Assembly (NCBI RefSeq): GCF_006345805.1 | Contig: NC_042997.1 | Location: 167,152,001 to 167,216,000 of the forward strand | Direction: 5' to 3' | Length of the DNA stretch: 64,000 nucleotides | Origin: Octopus sinensis | Taxonomy: Eukaryota | In this document: positions 25,990 to 40,770 of the stretch, piece by piece | How positions within the stretch are numbered: position 1 is the stretch's first letter | How the letters are laid out: every line of letters begins with the position of its first letter | Notes under the pieces: generated by a model | The model's database searches: none | What the model saw: the letters and a program-made list of their open reading frames with translations, nothing else | Told to the model about the DNA's origin: nothing | Made by a program: the position numbers and the translations under genes

Positions 25990-27320
25990 GGTATGACTAA
26001 CTATTAGGAAGTATGGTGAGATGAAGACCCACCAACTCGGCACAACGGTTGCTACAGGCCTACAAAAATTAATGCAACGCGTTAGTTATTATGAAACCAT
26101 ACGTGTTCCTTCTGACAAGTTCGGATGACTATCGGTAGATGGCCTGAAGATCGATGGTCAGACCATACAACAATACATCAAAAACATAGAGTTTATACAC
26201 TATGTAAGATTCCAATACCTTATGAGTGAGATCCAGCAGTATATATATATATATATATCTGTGTGTGTGTGTGTGTGTGTCAGTGTGTCTGTGTGTATGT
26301 GTGTGTGTGTGTGTGTGTATGCGTGTGTGTGCGTGTGTGCGTGCGTGCGCGCGTGTGTGTGTGTGTGTGTGTGTGTGCTCCAGCAAGACTGCAGCCCTCA
26401 GGCTGAGGTCTTAAAAAGAATATATACGGTATACACATGCACACACTACATATGTATGCACACATACACACATACATATATGTCTATGTATGTATGTATG
26501 TATGTAACTATATATACATATAAGCCCTTATTTAGGAATGTGTATCATATATGATGCATGGTCGCCACGGAAATATGTCCTGTATATCACATATGATAGA
26601 CAGGACGAGTATAGGGTTAAAAGGCATATTGATAGTCTTCAGAATACTAAAGCTATAAGATTTTATTTTCTCAAGGCCTTCTATAACTGCAGATGAACAG
26701 TTTTCGAGCTTCTCGACTGGCAGCAATTTTATGCTTGATTAAAATAGGTCAGTCCTCCCATGCTTGTATCATGCGTTTTGCACATGTCTAATGATTTTCT
26801 TTTGAACATTTTCAGTTGAAGATTCGAATTCCATTTGGGAATCTCAATCTTAGATGGATTAAATTTTCTCCAATTTCTCTTAAAATATGATGCAGGCATC
26901 GTAAAAGCATAGTAAAACTAAACTGAATGCTCTCCAAAAACAGGGGCATTATCTTTTGTTATTCTGGATGTTGACTGACAAAACTGAAGTTAAAAATAAT
27001 GAATACATTGACAGTCTTCAAATCTCTGCTATTAGAATCATTTAGGAATTGCTATGTCAGCAGAAATAGAAGTTACAAAAGCTCCGTAGAAGAGGACTTA
27101 CATGAGCAGATAAATCTTGACTTGGAGATTTCAGTTGTCAGTCAAATGACAAATGAAGAAACTGTAAGTATGATGTGCCAGTGATGGTAGGGGAGCATCC
27201 ATGAATAAGAAGATAGAGCACAAGAGGATGATAATGCATTAAATGACGAAAGATTTTCAATAGACATTTATATTCAGTTAGCCACCGACATATTTGCGGG
27301 TCTTCAGCACTGAACTTCTA
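25990..27320 (+). pseudogene. Decayed ORF of unknown origin, interrupted by two microsatellite blocks
   Basis: Protein-like segments IRKYGEMKTHQLGTTVATGLQKLMQRVSYYETIRVPSDKFG*...[43 protein letters not shown]... and ORF 26999-27184. Scattered stops. Confidence 0.3.
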
Positions 27321-27429
27321 TATCTGAACAAGTGATGATTGAGTATATAAAGAAGCTAGTCAAAACACAAAAAAGCTTAACTATATGGTGCAGATATCAA
27401 TCTGTTAGACATCGTCTAGAAGATTATTG

Positions 27430-27605
27430 TTTAAAATTTTGGCACAAGGCCAGCAACATCGGGGTTAGTCGATTACATCGACACTAGTGTCGAAAGAATG
27501 ACAGAAAACATTGACCTCGATTGAATTTGAACTCAGAAGGCAATGACGGACGAGATATCAGGAAGCATCTGCCAGGCGTGCTAACGATTCTACCAGCTCG
27601 CCACC
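27430..27605 (-). mobile_element. SINE family A, internally deleted
   Basis: Reverse-complement head ggtggcgagctggtagaatcgttagcacgcc and tail gccttgtgccaaaatttt. Confidence 0.8.
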
Positions 27606-28409
27606 TTCTGGAAGATTATTAACGAGAATGTTAAACATTTCTGTATTAACAGATGTAGACATGCATAATTTTTAAGAGATAGTTTACGTGTCAGTAGATC
27701 TTACTTTTCTTTGTTTTTCTCCTAATCTAGATATTTTGTCTCACATTAAACACGTGCCAATAAAATGTAACTTCTTTTAATTCTATGTGACTTCTCTATT
27801 ACTGGGCTAGTTCTATGGCTGTAAAATTGTGTCACAGAATTAGCACATGAATAAAGAAACTAAACAAGCATGAACTAGAGTTAAACTTTCAGAACTTGTA
27901 CAATTTATGTATTATTTTACCATCTTCTATTCTAGACTTCATTAATTAAACTTGCAGTGTTAGTGAGGCTCAATTTGTATGAAAATAAAACTTGCTCTGA
28001 ATTAAAATGAAACTAAGAATATAAACTCCGTTTCTTTTATCAAATGACAGGTACATTATTAATAAGTATATAAGACATACTATTTACTTCATTCATTAGT
28101 AGAGTAATATGACAGACTATACAGTGTTTCTCTAACCCTTCTTCTCCCACTTTCTCTTCCTTTTCTCTCTCTCTCTCTCTCTTTCTCTCTCCCTCTCTCT
28201 TGTTCTCTATAGCCTCTAACTTTCTCCCTTTAACTAATTAACAAATTCTATTAATTTTCTCGCAAGCTCTACATCTTTCTTTCTTACTACTTCCATTTCT
28301 ATCTCTCTCCCTTTATATATATATATATATATATATTTGGTACTATTGTGGTCACGTAATCAAAGTTTGAGCCTGATCGTGCCGTTTTTCTTTCTGGTTT
28401 ACAATGTAA

Positions 28410-28582
28410 GCATGTACACTAAAAAAAGACAAAGAACAGTGATCCGATTTCTCTAGTCGGAAGGTGTGTCAGGTACTGAAATTCATCAAGGCTTTTTGCA
28501 CAATACGGGGATCGAGAAGTATAAAAGTGGTGGGACAAGCGTGACGCACGAAGAGGAAGCAGGACACCCGTAAACTTCCACC
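28410..28582 (+). mobile_element. Mariner transposase N-terminal (HTH) remnant
   Basis: QRTVIRFL*SEGVSGTEIH...EKYKSGGTSVTHEEEAGHP*TST resembles the mariner QRxVIxFL...FKSGRTSV.DEE..GRPSTS motif. Confidence 0.65.

Positions 28583-28640
<58 letters not shown>
28583..28640. repeat. (TAG)n microsatellite
   Basis: Direct reading. Confidence 0.95.
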
Positions 28641-28641
<1 letters not shown>

Positions 28642-28949
28642 CAGTTAATTAATATAAAATAAATATTTCCTCAGAGCACAGACTGTGTACTGGAATTAGC
28701 AGAGTATTGGACCTTCAACTACGGCAAGTAAAAGTCATAAGATAACTTGTCACCAATACACAAATCAAAGGAGGAGCGCTCAAAATATACTACATGTAAT
28801 TTTAGAAATACTCTTTGAACATGTGTAACATCAGGAAAGATGGCATATAAATGGATGAATGAACTGGAATAAAACCAATGTTGTCTTCAAAACATATGTC
28901 GAAAGTAAAAGAATTTGAATAACACCTGCATTCAACTCCATTTATTTAC

Positions 28950-29014
<65 letters not shown>

Positions 29015-29526
29015 CCTTAATATAGAAATAAACAAGATAAATTAGTCATTTTATATTTGCAATAAATATATTATTGTTTTACTGTCTTTATTAATATAAT
29101 CGCAATCTACTCCATCAAAAACTTATCCCTGAAACTTTCATTAAAAACATGCGCATTTGCAGAAAGTTATAATGCCACCAAGCTTCATATGTGCACTCAC
29201 CGTACACGTCTTATGTTGCCTTGATTCTTCTTTTACGCTTTTTCTAAATGATGTAAATAGTGAGTGAAGATTCAACCAACCAACTAACCAGCCAACAATT
29301 ATATCTGTTATTCTTATATAGATTATATGAATTAGGTACTAAAACATTTCTATGTTCGAGTGTGCATTCGTTTTAGATGCAGTAAATTTAATTTCAGTGT
29401 CTTATTAGACTTTAAGTGAATTTATTTTAAATGTAATAACTTCCCTGCTAAAAAAGCTTTCCATTCAAAAATATTTTTTATCTATGTATTATTTTTTCTA
29501 TCTCTCAACAGATTCATGTATATATT

Positions 29527-30221
<695 letters not shown>

Positions 30222-30263
30222 TATATAATATCTCTCTCACTCTCTCTCTCTCTATATATATAC

Positions 30264-30425
30264 TCTATATATAAAACTGAAATGCGTTTTTACCGCTTGG
30301 ATCGCTTTCAATGCCACTACGACCCGTCCGATTCGCTCCAAAATTTACAGGGACATGTAGAATGAGGTGACGATGCGCGTGGGCTACCTTAGAAATCCCT
30401 ATCTTAAAAGGTGTGGTTGCTAGGG
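30264..30425 (+). mobile_element. Probable Helitron-type 5' end
   Basis: TCTATATATAAAACTGAAATGCG start resembles the 5' end of the Helitrons at 1567 and 9341. No 3' CTAG end identified. Confidence 0.35.
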
Positions 30426-31807
30426 GCCATCTTCTTCACTCACACTATTTTCTTCTTTCCCTCTCTTACTCCCCTTCATTTATAACGTTGACAATGTCCA
30501 CTCCCGTTATTTTATGTATTCCCCTCAACTCCCTTTCACTTTGCCTTTATAAGATCGTCAGGCGGCTTTCTTTGATGTATCTGTTTGCATTCATAGGGAG
30601 AATTATCATCGCTACAATTTATGTATATGTCTTCCTCACTCACTCTTTTTCCTAATGATAATTATCATCGCCACCACCACCAACACACAATACTCACTCT
30701 ATTTCATACAAACGGCCTTCTTTTATGTATCTGTCTGTGTGAAACAGAGATAACTGAAATTTTTTACTCGGTTTTTGTAGTGCGTGCGTGTGTATGCATG
30801 TATGTGTATATGTATGTATGCATGTATGTGTGTGTGTGTATGTATCTATGTATGTGTGTGTGTGTATGTATGTGTATGTATGTGTGAGTGTGCATGTATG
30901 TATGTACCTTTGTCTGTTTATGTAACGGTCTGCTATGTAGAAATGAGGTTGACTCAATGGAAATGCATACATACACACACACATACATACACACATACAT
31001 ACACATACATACACACACACGCATACATAGATGCAGACCTATGTTAAAAGTGCTGGCAAGTTTGCATGACAACTATTTTTTTCCTCAAATGAAAGGCGTG
31101 ACCTCTAGGACAAAATTCCTCATCTTATAAAATGTGGCCCCAGTACACCCGAATAAAATCACGTTATATTAACCAAAATGTGAAAAGGGGTATAAATGGG
31201 GCTGGAAGGGGATTAAAATTTAAAGGAGCGGGTGTTTAGGAATTCTCTGCTACATCAAGCTAAAATATTTGCGCCAGCCTTTTAATCGTCAATGTGTTGC
31301 CGTCCATGATGAAGAAGTTTTGAATGCTTGCCATGGTGAGTCTACTGTTGTGAAAAAGAATCAATTCAAAAATTGGTGTTTAGGGATTTTCTTTTACTTC
31401 AAGTTCAAAATTTTACCCCAGCGGTTAAACTGTCAAAACGTTGCTGTCCGTCGTTAAGAAATGCCAGCCATGCTGACTCTACTACCCTCAGATTCTATCC
31501 CTTCAAACTTTGGTTTCCAATATTTTATTATTTTTATTCAGCTCGCAAGTTCATCTGTCCCTTTTAAATGTTAGTGTTTTGCTGTCTGCCTTGAAGCAGA
31601 CCTTTCCGTTGTTACTGCCTGATATTTATGATTGATCTTTCTAAATATTTTATTTCTCAACTTACTCAAGATATTTTGTTGTTTATAAATGGGAGAGAGA
31701 TAGATAAAGATAGAGAGTAAGAGAAAGCGAGGGAGAGTCCAAGAGAAAGGAAGAGTAAGAGAGTGGGGAAAGTGAGAGAGAAAGGAGAGAGAAACAAAGA
31801 GGGAGAA

Positions 31808-32110
31808 TCATCATCATCGTTAAACGTCCGTTTTCTGTGCTAGCACGGGTTGGACAGTTTGACCAGGGTCTGGGAAGCCAGGAGGCTGCACCAGGCTCCA
31901 GTCTGATCTGGCAGTGTTTCTACAGGTGGATGCCCTTCCTAACGCCAACCACTCTGTGAGCGTAGTGGGTGCATTTTTCGTGCCGCCGGCACAGGTGCCA
32001 GGGGGGCTGGCAATGGCCACGATCGGTTGGTGCTTTTTACGTGTCACTGGCACAGAAGCCAGTCAAGGCGGCGCTGCAATCCGCCACGTTCGGATGGTAC
32101 TTTTTACGTG
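31808..32110 (-). mobile_element. SINE or LINE fragment with RTE-type 3' tail
   Basis: Minus strand has ggttggcgttaggaagggcatccacctgtagaaac and ends ...ggacgtttaacgatgatgatga. Internal repeated gtgc(a)tttttacgtg units. Confidence 0.65.
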
Positions 32111-32177
32111 CTAAAGGAAGCAACAGAAAGTAACAACCACACTCTTACCGCGCGTAGAGCGAGTCACCTTCAGCTAG

Positions 32178-32311
<134 letters not shown>

Positions 32312-32445
32312 ACTTGTATATATAAACATATGTATATATAGATATATCTATATATGTGTGTGTGTTTGTGTGTATAGTGAGAGACACAGAGACATTACAT
32401 GCATAGAGAGACAGACAAACAGATAGAAAGATAGATAGATAGATG

Positions 32446-32557
<112 letters not shown>

Positions 32558-32882
32558 CAGTTAAAATACAATCTAGCAAATCTAACAAAGCTATTTCTAC
32601 GTGTAAAACATGTTAAGCAAAGAAATTGACACGAAATGAATTCACATTCACAGTAATAATGTAATTAAGTATTGGAAATCTGAAATGAATGAACAATGAG
32701 AAATTGAGACATTGTCAGGTATACACACACACATACACGCTTATGCACCCGCACATATAAACATATACATATATACATATATATATAGAGAGAGAGAGAG
32801 TGAGAGTGAGAGTGAGTGGGGTGAAAGAGATGGATAGACCTAATTATATACATACCTAAATGCATACATATAGATACATATA

Positions 32883-33303
32883 CTAGGTCTGACCGAAACG
32901 ATTGTTGCTATGGTAACGGTGCTAAAGTACATGCAGGGATGCTACTTGGAATAAATTGACCTCGAAATTTGCATGAAAATTTGTATGAAAACAGTCATAA
33001 CAGGTTACAACTCATTAGTTCATGGTTATGACCCCAAAACCAAGTCTCAGTCTTCGCAATGCAATACCCCCAAAAATTTCAAGACGTCGAAGGAATCCAA
33101 GAGTATGCGACGAGGCAACTGCTCGCTATCCCCAAAAAAGAATTCCCGGGAATGCTTCCATCAGCAGAAACGGCACTGGATCTTGTGTGCGACTTCGGAA
33201 AAAGATAATGTGTGTGACTTCGAAGGAGATTAGATGCCGAATTGGTATGTGTTGTAATTTTCTTTTTATAGTACTAGTCGCGAGATTTTTTGATCAGACT
33301 TTG
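32883..33303 (+). mobile_element. Internally deleted mariner element
   Basis: TA-flanked imperfect TIRs ctaggtctgaccgaaa and ttttgatcagactttg. Remnants KTVITGYNSLVHGYDPKTKSQSSQ (compare ITGDETWVYxYDPETKxQSxQW) and C-terminal ...DFEGD*. Confidence 0.75.
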
Positions 33304-33375
33304 TATACATTTGTACACCCACATATATGCATGAGTGTGTATGTATGTATGTATGTATGTATGTATGTATGTATG

Positions 33376-33406
<31 letters not shown>

Positions 33407-33618
33407 GTATGTATGTATGTATGTATGTATGTATGTATGTTTGTTTGTTTGTTTGTATTTCAAGATTTCTTGCCAATAGAGAAAGAGTCGGTTTCTAACC
33501 TAGATCCAAGGTTCCTTCATGGGAATATCAACATCAACAACGGGTATTTTTGTATGTATGTATAAGTGGAAATTTGTATATTTTGTTTTATGTATGTATT
33601 CTCTTGCATATACTTACA

Positions 33619-34440
33619 TATTTAGACATGCTCATATAAATTTAAACACCAGAGACACACGAGTACATGAACTAAAGAATACACTCATCACCAGGAACTG
33701 CCCACCTTCACTAATTGACAAATGTTTTCAACGTGCCCTTCAACTCAACATCCAGGAACTCAGACATCCCAAATTAAAGAAAGATTTACAAACAAAAGCC
33801 TTACCATACATCTCCACACACAAGCCTCTCAACAATGAAGCCTTCGGCACCATCCTCCAAAACATATCCATGCTAAAAAGGACCACAGAATGAACTTAAT
33901 CCTCCAAACATACACCATCATAAAAAGCAAGAGACAATCCAAATCTATGAAAAGTCTCCTAACACAAGCCCGAATACGCTCAACAACAACACAGAAGCCG
34001 TCAGTACAAAAAATGTGGAAGACACAACTGTGGAATATACGTCAATTTAATTGAGGGATCAGGGTTCTCTTTCAAACAGGGACAACGTTTCACAGTGAAA
34101 AGTAACTTCACATGTGCTTCGGAGAACCTGATATGCGCACTAACCTGCTCTGGGTGTCAAGAGCAATACATAGGCCAAACAAAAAGCAGTAAAAGAATGG
34201 CTCTGCTCAGAGCCCAGATCAAAATTCCCCAAAACAGAAAAATAGCATTCAGCCAACACGTAGACATTTGTGCCGATAACAAAAATCCAAGCTTTTTCCC
34301 CTCTACCAATTCAGGGACGATACAAGCTGGAGCCAACGAATTAGTAAAGAGACTCTCTTTATTACAAAATACAGACAGACCCCTTTTGAACGCGTCTATA
34401 ACAAACGACATATCCACCACGGCCTTAGAATAACACAAAT
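33619..34440 (+). mobile_element. Penelope-like element fragment (linker and GIY-YIG endonuclease)
   Basis: ELKNTLITRNCPPSLIDKCFQRA...LPYISTH; KKCGRHNC; KSNFTCASENLICALTCSGCQEQYIGQT. Frameshifted. Confidence 0.85.
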
Positions 34441-35320
34441 ACACACGCAGATATTAAAAATGATACACTCAAGAGATTCCCAAGAATTCATTAAAAAAAC
34501 AGTCCCAATCACTGCTATAAACCATAATCCATAACGTGCCAATTTTAAGTCACTTGACCATTTAACATCTTCCTACTTTCATACTTTCTACATTCCTTCT
34601 TATTCTCCCTTCTCTTTCTTCTTTTTGTCTTCTTCCTCTTCCTTCCTAATTTTACCTCTATTGCTGTATAGAATAACACCTACGCAGATTTTATAAACAA
34701 AACATTCAAAAGAGATGTTTCAGGAATTCAACAATTACTATTTACCATCCACAGCGGTCACTTTCGGGGCAGTTGACCATTCAACACACTACTGCCATGG
34801 CACTCCCACACTCTTCTTCTTCTTCTTCTTCTTCTTCTTCTTCTTCTTCTTCTTCTTCTTCTTCTTCTTTCTTTTCTTCTTCTTCTCCCTTCTCCTCCTT
34901 CTTCTTCTTCTTCTTCTTCTTCTTCCCTAGCAAGAATTCACAACGATCTCGAACCCACAAGAGTAAACAAGCGAGACACAGACAGGCAAAAACAAGGAAA
35001 ATGCCACATTTGAACACCATGCAAATATTCTCTTAAAAACACTTTTCTTTTAATTTTTCCAATATTTAATTGTTTTCCATACTTACAGTTGAAAAAGTTT
35101 CAAAGACTGAAACCGATGCTGAAATGTTTCTTATACAGTTTGAACAACGTAGCTGAAGATATTTGCAATAAAGGACTTGGAAGGCTTTTGACCATAGGTT
35201 CACTGAATCAAGAATAATCCGGAGCTTAACAACACCACGATCAGCATTACTACGACCACCATCACCAAAGCGGCCAACAATACCACCATCACAACAAGCA
35301 CAAGCATAAATAACAAGATT

Positions 35321-35662
35321 ACCATAAGGTTCCGGGTTCAGTCTCCCAGCGTAGCACCTTGGGCAGATGTCTTTTAGTATATCCTCGGACAGATCAAAGC
35401 CTTGTGAGTGGATATGGCTGACGGAAATTGAAAGAAGCCTGTTGTGTATGTGCACGCGCATTTTGTGTCCGTGTTTGTCTCCCACCACCGCTTGACAACC
35501 GATGTTGGTTTGTTTGTACCCCTGTAACATAACAGTTCGGCAAAAGAGACCAACAGAATAAGTACTAGCCTTTAAACAAAAGTACTGGTGTCGATTCAGT
35601 CGACTTAAAATTCATGAAGTCTGTGCCCCAGCATGGCCGCAGTTTAGTGATTGAAACGAGTA
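35321..35662 (+). mobile_element. SINE family B
   Basis: ggttccgggttcagtc...gcaccttgggcagatgtc...gccttgtgagtggat...accgcttgacaaccgatgttgg. Confidence 0.8.
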
Positions 35663-35689
35663 GTAAGCGATATATATATATATGTTTGT

Positions 35690-37130
35690 TCCGCCACTTT
35701 CAGCATCACCGCTGTCTCCACCACAATAATCATGATCTCTACCCTGACTACCACCATCATCATCATCATCGTCATCATCATCGTCATCATCATCATCATC
35801 ATCATCGCCTTCGCCACCAATAGCACTACCATCACACCACCACCACCACCACCACCATATCAAGACCGCCATCACCTAACATCATCACCACCATCACCCT
35901 CAACACTATGATCAACACTACCGTCACAAATATTGTTACTATTCTTCTTCTTCTTCTTCTTCTTCTTCTTCTTCTTCTTCTTCTTCTTCTTCTTCTTCTT
36001 CTTCTTCTTCTTCTTCTTCTTCTTCTTTTTCTTTTTCTTCTTCTTCTTCTTCTTTTTCTTCTTCTTCTTTTTCTTCTTCTTCTTTTTCTTCTTCTTCTTC
36101 TTCTTCTTCTTCTTCTTCTTCTTCTTCTTTTCCTCCACCTCATCATCATCATCATCCTCACCATCAACCCCCATCGCCGCCGTCGCCGTCACCGTAAACA
36201 ACATTGACACCACCGCCACTACTCTCATTATATACATGATAATCATCCCGTTGTGATTACTTCCACCACACCCTTACATGGCGTCCATCCTTAACCCCTC
36301 CTCACCCACATTCTAACTCCCCTACCCCCCCAGCGGTACTCTTGCCTATCGCAACAACTTTGCTTCTGTGCCGTTACTTCGCCACCACCACTACCACTCA
36401 CCATAGCTATCCCTACCCATCACCACAACCTTTACCAGTACTTACCGCCGCCGCCGCCACCACCACCATCACCACCACCACGACGGACGCATACCCCTTT
36501 ACCTACATAACTATCCTCTCATATCACCGTCACCACCACAACCCAACCTGAAATCTTCTATGACAGCATCAACGCTACGGCAACCACCATCCCTGGGATC
36601 CTCCTCCACTATCAACTCGGCTCACCTATCTCTTCTCCCACCCTACACTCACAGACACACTAGCGCTACAAACACCACCGCCACCATTGCCGTCATTATC
36701 CATCACAATTTGCTAAATTTAGAATGCCTAGACGGCGAAATGGAGCAGAGAGATAAGAGAGAGAGAGGGGAAGAGAGAGAGAAGAGAGAGGAGAGAGGAG
36801 AGAGAGACAGGAAGAGAGAGAAGAGAGAGAAGATAGAGAAGAGAGAGAAGAGGAAGAAGAGAGTGAAGAGAAGGCACACAGTGAGAAGAGACAGAAAGAC
36901 AGAGAATGAGAAAGAAAGAGAGGAAAAATTCTTTAGAGTTATTGAGAGTTATAGGGGAAAAATCAGAATAGAGAAAAGAAAGACAGAAAGCAAGAGGGAT
37001 GACAAGAGAGGGAGAAAGGCTAACGAAAGAGGGAGAAATGTGAAGAAGAGAGAATAAAAAAGAGTAGAATTAGAAAGTGAAAGGGAGAAAGAGAGAAAGA
37101 ACGCCAAATGGGAGAGGGGGAATTGGAGCA
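35690..37130. repeat. Low-complexity block: (CAT)n/(CAC)n, long (TTC)n at 35942-36129, then GA-rich polypurine at 36745-37130
   Basis: Direct reading. A second (TTC)n tract lies at 34813-34925. Confidence 0.9.
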
Positions 37131-37832
37131 TTCCGTGGTACTGTATTAAGAGAACAAAATGAAATTCCAGAGCGGGAAGGTGGCGATGGATAGGGTGTTA
37201 GTGGATTCTTTATCTTAAAACAGAACCAGAACTCAAATCTCTGCCACATCCGTCACCCATACAACCACCCCCACACACTCATCTATAACCCGATAAATTC
37301 GAAACATCGGAGAGAATTCCTACAGGTTGATACTGGCATGATCTGATGCTGGTTTTGCTGCTTTGTTGAGTCATACATACACACACAAGTATCCCACTAT
37401 CACGCTCCTGTTACACCACCCTAACTCACCGCTTCCACCAATTCACAGCATGTCCAGATTCTTTACATGCCAACACACCACGCTACATTTCCCTTCTTTA
37501 GTTGGCCAGACATTCTGTAAGCGAACTCGCTTTGTATAACACGAAACCCAACTGGTATTTACCCCACGAACTGAAATTCTCAACTTATGGCCAAACTTGA
37601 CAAATATTGGCTTCATTTTGACTAGGTAGTCCATAGTTTGACACTTCCTTATATAAGGATTAAGAAATGGTACTTGAAGGGTCGCATTTATTAGTTTCAA
37701 CCAACAACATCAATTATACAATTCTGCATTAATTACGTAAATTAAACTGGTATCAATAGCTGATCGAAATCAGATCACATGCTTCGTTCGTCAGGATCTT
37801 TTAATTACCGATCAATATGAGGAATAGGAAAG

Positions 37833-38028
37833 CCGGAAAGCTGGCACGCGGGCAAAATGTTAAGCAGCATTTCGTCCGTCTTTACGTTCTGATTTCAAAT
37901 TCTGCCGAGGTCGATTTTGTTTTTCATCCTTTCAGTGTCGATAAAATAAGTTGATTACCAGGGTTCGATATAATTGACTAGCCCCGACCCCCGAAAGTGC
38001 TGACCTTGTGCCAAAATTTTAAACTAAT
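37833..38028 (+). mobile_element. SINE family A
   Basis: catttcgtccgtctttacgttctgatttcaaattctgccgaggtcga...ccttgtgccaaaatttt. Confidence 0.8.
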
Positions 38029-38249
38029 AGGAGGGTGCTGAATCTTTGTCGCACTGCTTCGGTCGAATTTTTAATAGGCTTTAAAATTTTAATGATCTTT
38101 GTCAGTTCCTTGGTAATTTAGCAATGGAAAGAAATATGGTACTCACAAACATTATTAACAGTGCACATCAAATATGAGAAATAGTTATTGATCGTGTAGT
38201 CTAATGATCAAAACATCCAAGCTCTGATTTCACCTGCGTCTTTTATCTA

Positions 38250-39000
38250 TTTGTATCGGGTTGTACTCGAGATGTCATTTTCCAACGTTTCCCTTTTTAA
38301 GACGGTAGGATGTGCATTGAGGGATATAACTTCAGTATCATGTACATGCTTGATTGGAGCATTCGAGTTTTGGATGTTTCCTTATTGTCAGCAGTGGATT
38401 TACCTTGTGTCAGCAGAAAGGAAAGACGTCAACGCTATGGTCAAACTGGAAGATGTACAAGTATATCTTGCAGTTTCTTTTTATGTCTTCTTAAGCGGTT
38501 TTTTTTGTTGAAAGTGTTTCGTATGAGAGTTTGCTTGCGGTTGAACTACGGATATGTTACTTATGTTTGTTACTGCGGCAGTAATTGTGGTGAGGCCGTT
38601 GTGAGAATTTCTCATGCTGCTAATTATTTCATGCAGTGATTTAGTTTGTTTGGGCAGAAATCTTCACCAGTTTCTGCATTTTTTCCTTTTGTTTGCTTAT
38701 AAATACTTTATTGCTCTTGTATTATATTTGTTTGGCGTTGGTTTATTTCACTCGTAGTTGTCTCTAGTTTCATCAGTTTTTTCAATTTCTCCTGATTTCT
38801 AATTTGTTTACGTGACATATTTGGTAAGTGCTTTTGTCTGTTTATATGCATGAATATTGAATATATTTGTTTCATGAAAAATCGTCCCTTTCATATTCCT
38901 TCACACATTAGAGACAGGAGCGAACTATGTAATGCATTTTCCAATCTTTGGGTCAAACTTTCACCATTCCTCCAGCATCCCAGACTTCTGTTCAGGCATA
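38250..39000 (-). mobile_element. Possible decayed LINE (APE endonuclease region)
   Basis: Minus-strand remnants FAPVSN and NIFNIHAY...GEIEKL loosely resemble RTE-type APE motifs. Many stops. Confidence 0.25.
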
Positions 39001-39297
39001 TTATATTCAAGATTATTGTTTAGAGAGTGCGTGGGCTGAGACTACGTGCCTTCATTGGTCAGTTAAAGTTGACACAGTGTCACGTAACAACTTGCTGGGG
39101 CTACCTGCTGGAGCCTAGCAGCAGGTATTTAAAGGAAAAAAATTGACAAGACAGTCAGTCGCCCGCTGACACTCGTTGACGCTACATCGAAGAGGCCAGG
39201 GAACAGAAGAAAGAAGAAGAAAGAAGACATGCGCCCAACACCAGAACTGAAGGGGGAACGTCAAAATGGTAGAGGAGTAGGGGCCAAAACCGGACGT

Positions 39298-39382
39298 GGT
39301 TCTTCCTGATGATGTCTTGGGCTAACTGGATCCTATAAAGGAGCTGTTGTTGTAGCAGACCACGAAACACGGTTGAAATTCC
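39298..39382 (+). ncRNA. Degenerate hammerhead motif with extended stem II
   Basis: ttc-CTGATGA-t-gtct...gcta...tcct-ataa-agga...tagc-agac-cac-GAAACACGGTT-gaa. The base of stem II is imperfect. Confidence 0.45.
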
Positions 39383-40089
39383 AATAGTTGTTAATTATCC
39401 AGTAGGTAGACTGAATTTTAAGAGGAAGTAGTGGCGATGACGATGACGAAAATATATTATGCCAGGAAGAAAGAAGGATGAGATTCCAGCTACAATATGT
39501 TTGAGTATAAGCTCTGCGGCTAAACAACAATCAATCAAAACCATCAATGCCATGAAGGATATCAATAGTGCAAGCCATCAAGGTACCACCACCATCACCA
39601 CCAGCATTACTACCAAGACACCACACAAACAGCAAATTTGCAGTCTTAGAAGTTGGGGAAAATGCCTTGCAAAACTTGTCCCGGTACTTTGCGGTACTTT
39701 TCAGATTCCTAGTTGTTAGACTTAACCAGACAGCCAATCGAACACCACCACCTTGTCCTTGGGTATTCTTAGTCGGGTTCACACTGTTGCTAGCATTCAG
39801 GTCGGGTCTTCGATTTCTTGGTAACTTACTCCCATCTTCGTTAACTGGGTAATTAACTAATCTATAGTTTGATTAGTCATTCGGTTAATCAATCAGTTAT
39901 GTTTGTCAAAGTCCCTTTGCTGCCATTCGCGACCTCTTCGATGACATGGCCTCTCTACACCAGGTCAGTTTCAGGTCAGTAGTAAAGCTGACCTCATAAT
40001 GGATAAAGTAGTCTTTGGTATATACAAAGTGACAGGATGATCATGGCTGGTATCAAACAACTGCAACTCTAGTACCCCTTTCACGATTT

Positions 40090-40770
40090 TCAACACCACC
40101 ATCACAACAACACCATGTCAATTATCACCTCACCTCCAACATTGCTCCTAACACCACCACTATCACACTATCACCGTGTCGACCGAAACTATCCGCCATC
40201 TTCACACACACAACTACCACTACAGTCACCAACATCACCACTACAAAAGACCTCTACAAGCACCAGCACCTCCGCCACCATCATCATCACCACCACTATC
40301 TCTACCACTACTACCACCGACACTGCAACAACCCCAGCTTTACCGTAACAACATCCATTGCAACCACCACCACCACCACCATAACTACCATCACATCCAC
40401 CACTACAACCACCACAGCATTCACCACCACAACCACCATCATCATCACCAGCACAGCCACAAACACAATCACGACCACGACCACCACTGTCAGAAGCCCT
40501 ACCAGAAGCACCACCACCACAACCACTACGACATCCACTACCACCACAACATCTACTACCACCACGACATCCACTACCAACACGACATCCACTACCACCA
40601 CCGTCACCATCACCACCACAACAATAGCCACCACCACATCCACCACCACAATCACCACCCTCACCACCGAACCACTGCCCAAACCACAACCACCACCATC
40701 ACCACCTCAGGAACCACTACCACAAACCTTATAAGAACCATTGCCGCTTCGCCACCATTTCCACCACTAG
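40090..40770. repeat. Degenerate (ACC/CAC)n trinucleotide low-complexity tract with 18-bp subrepeats at ~40520-40600
   Basis: Repeats of cacgacatccactaccac. Open in several frames on both strands. Confidence 0.9.

Noticed and set aside
35832-36256. Poly-Arg, poly-Lys, poly-Leu and poly-Phe ORFs
   Set aside because: Different frames of one (TTC)n tract.
37443-37700. 85-aa non-repetitive ORF
   Set aside because: No motif or splice support, and the length is within chance expectation.
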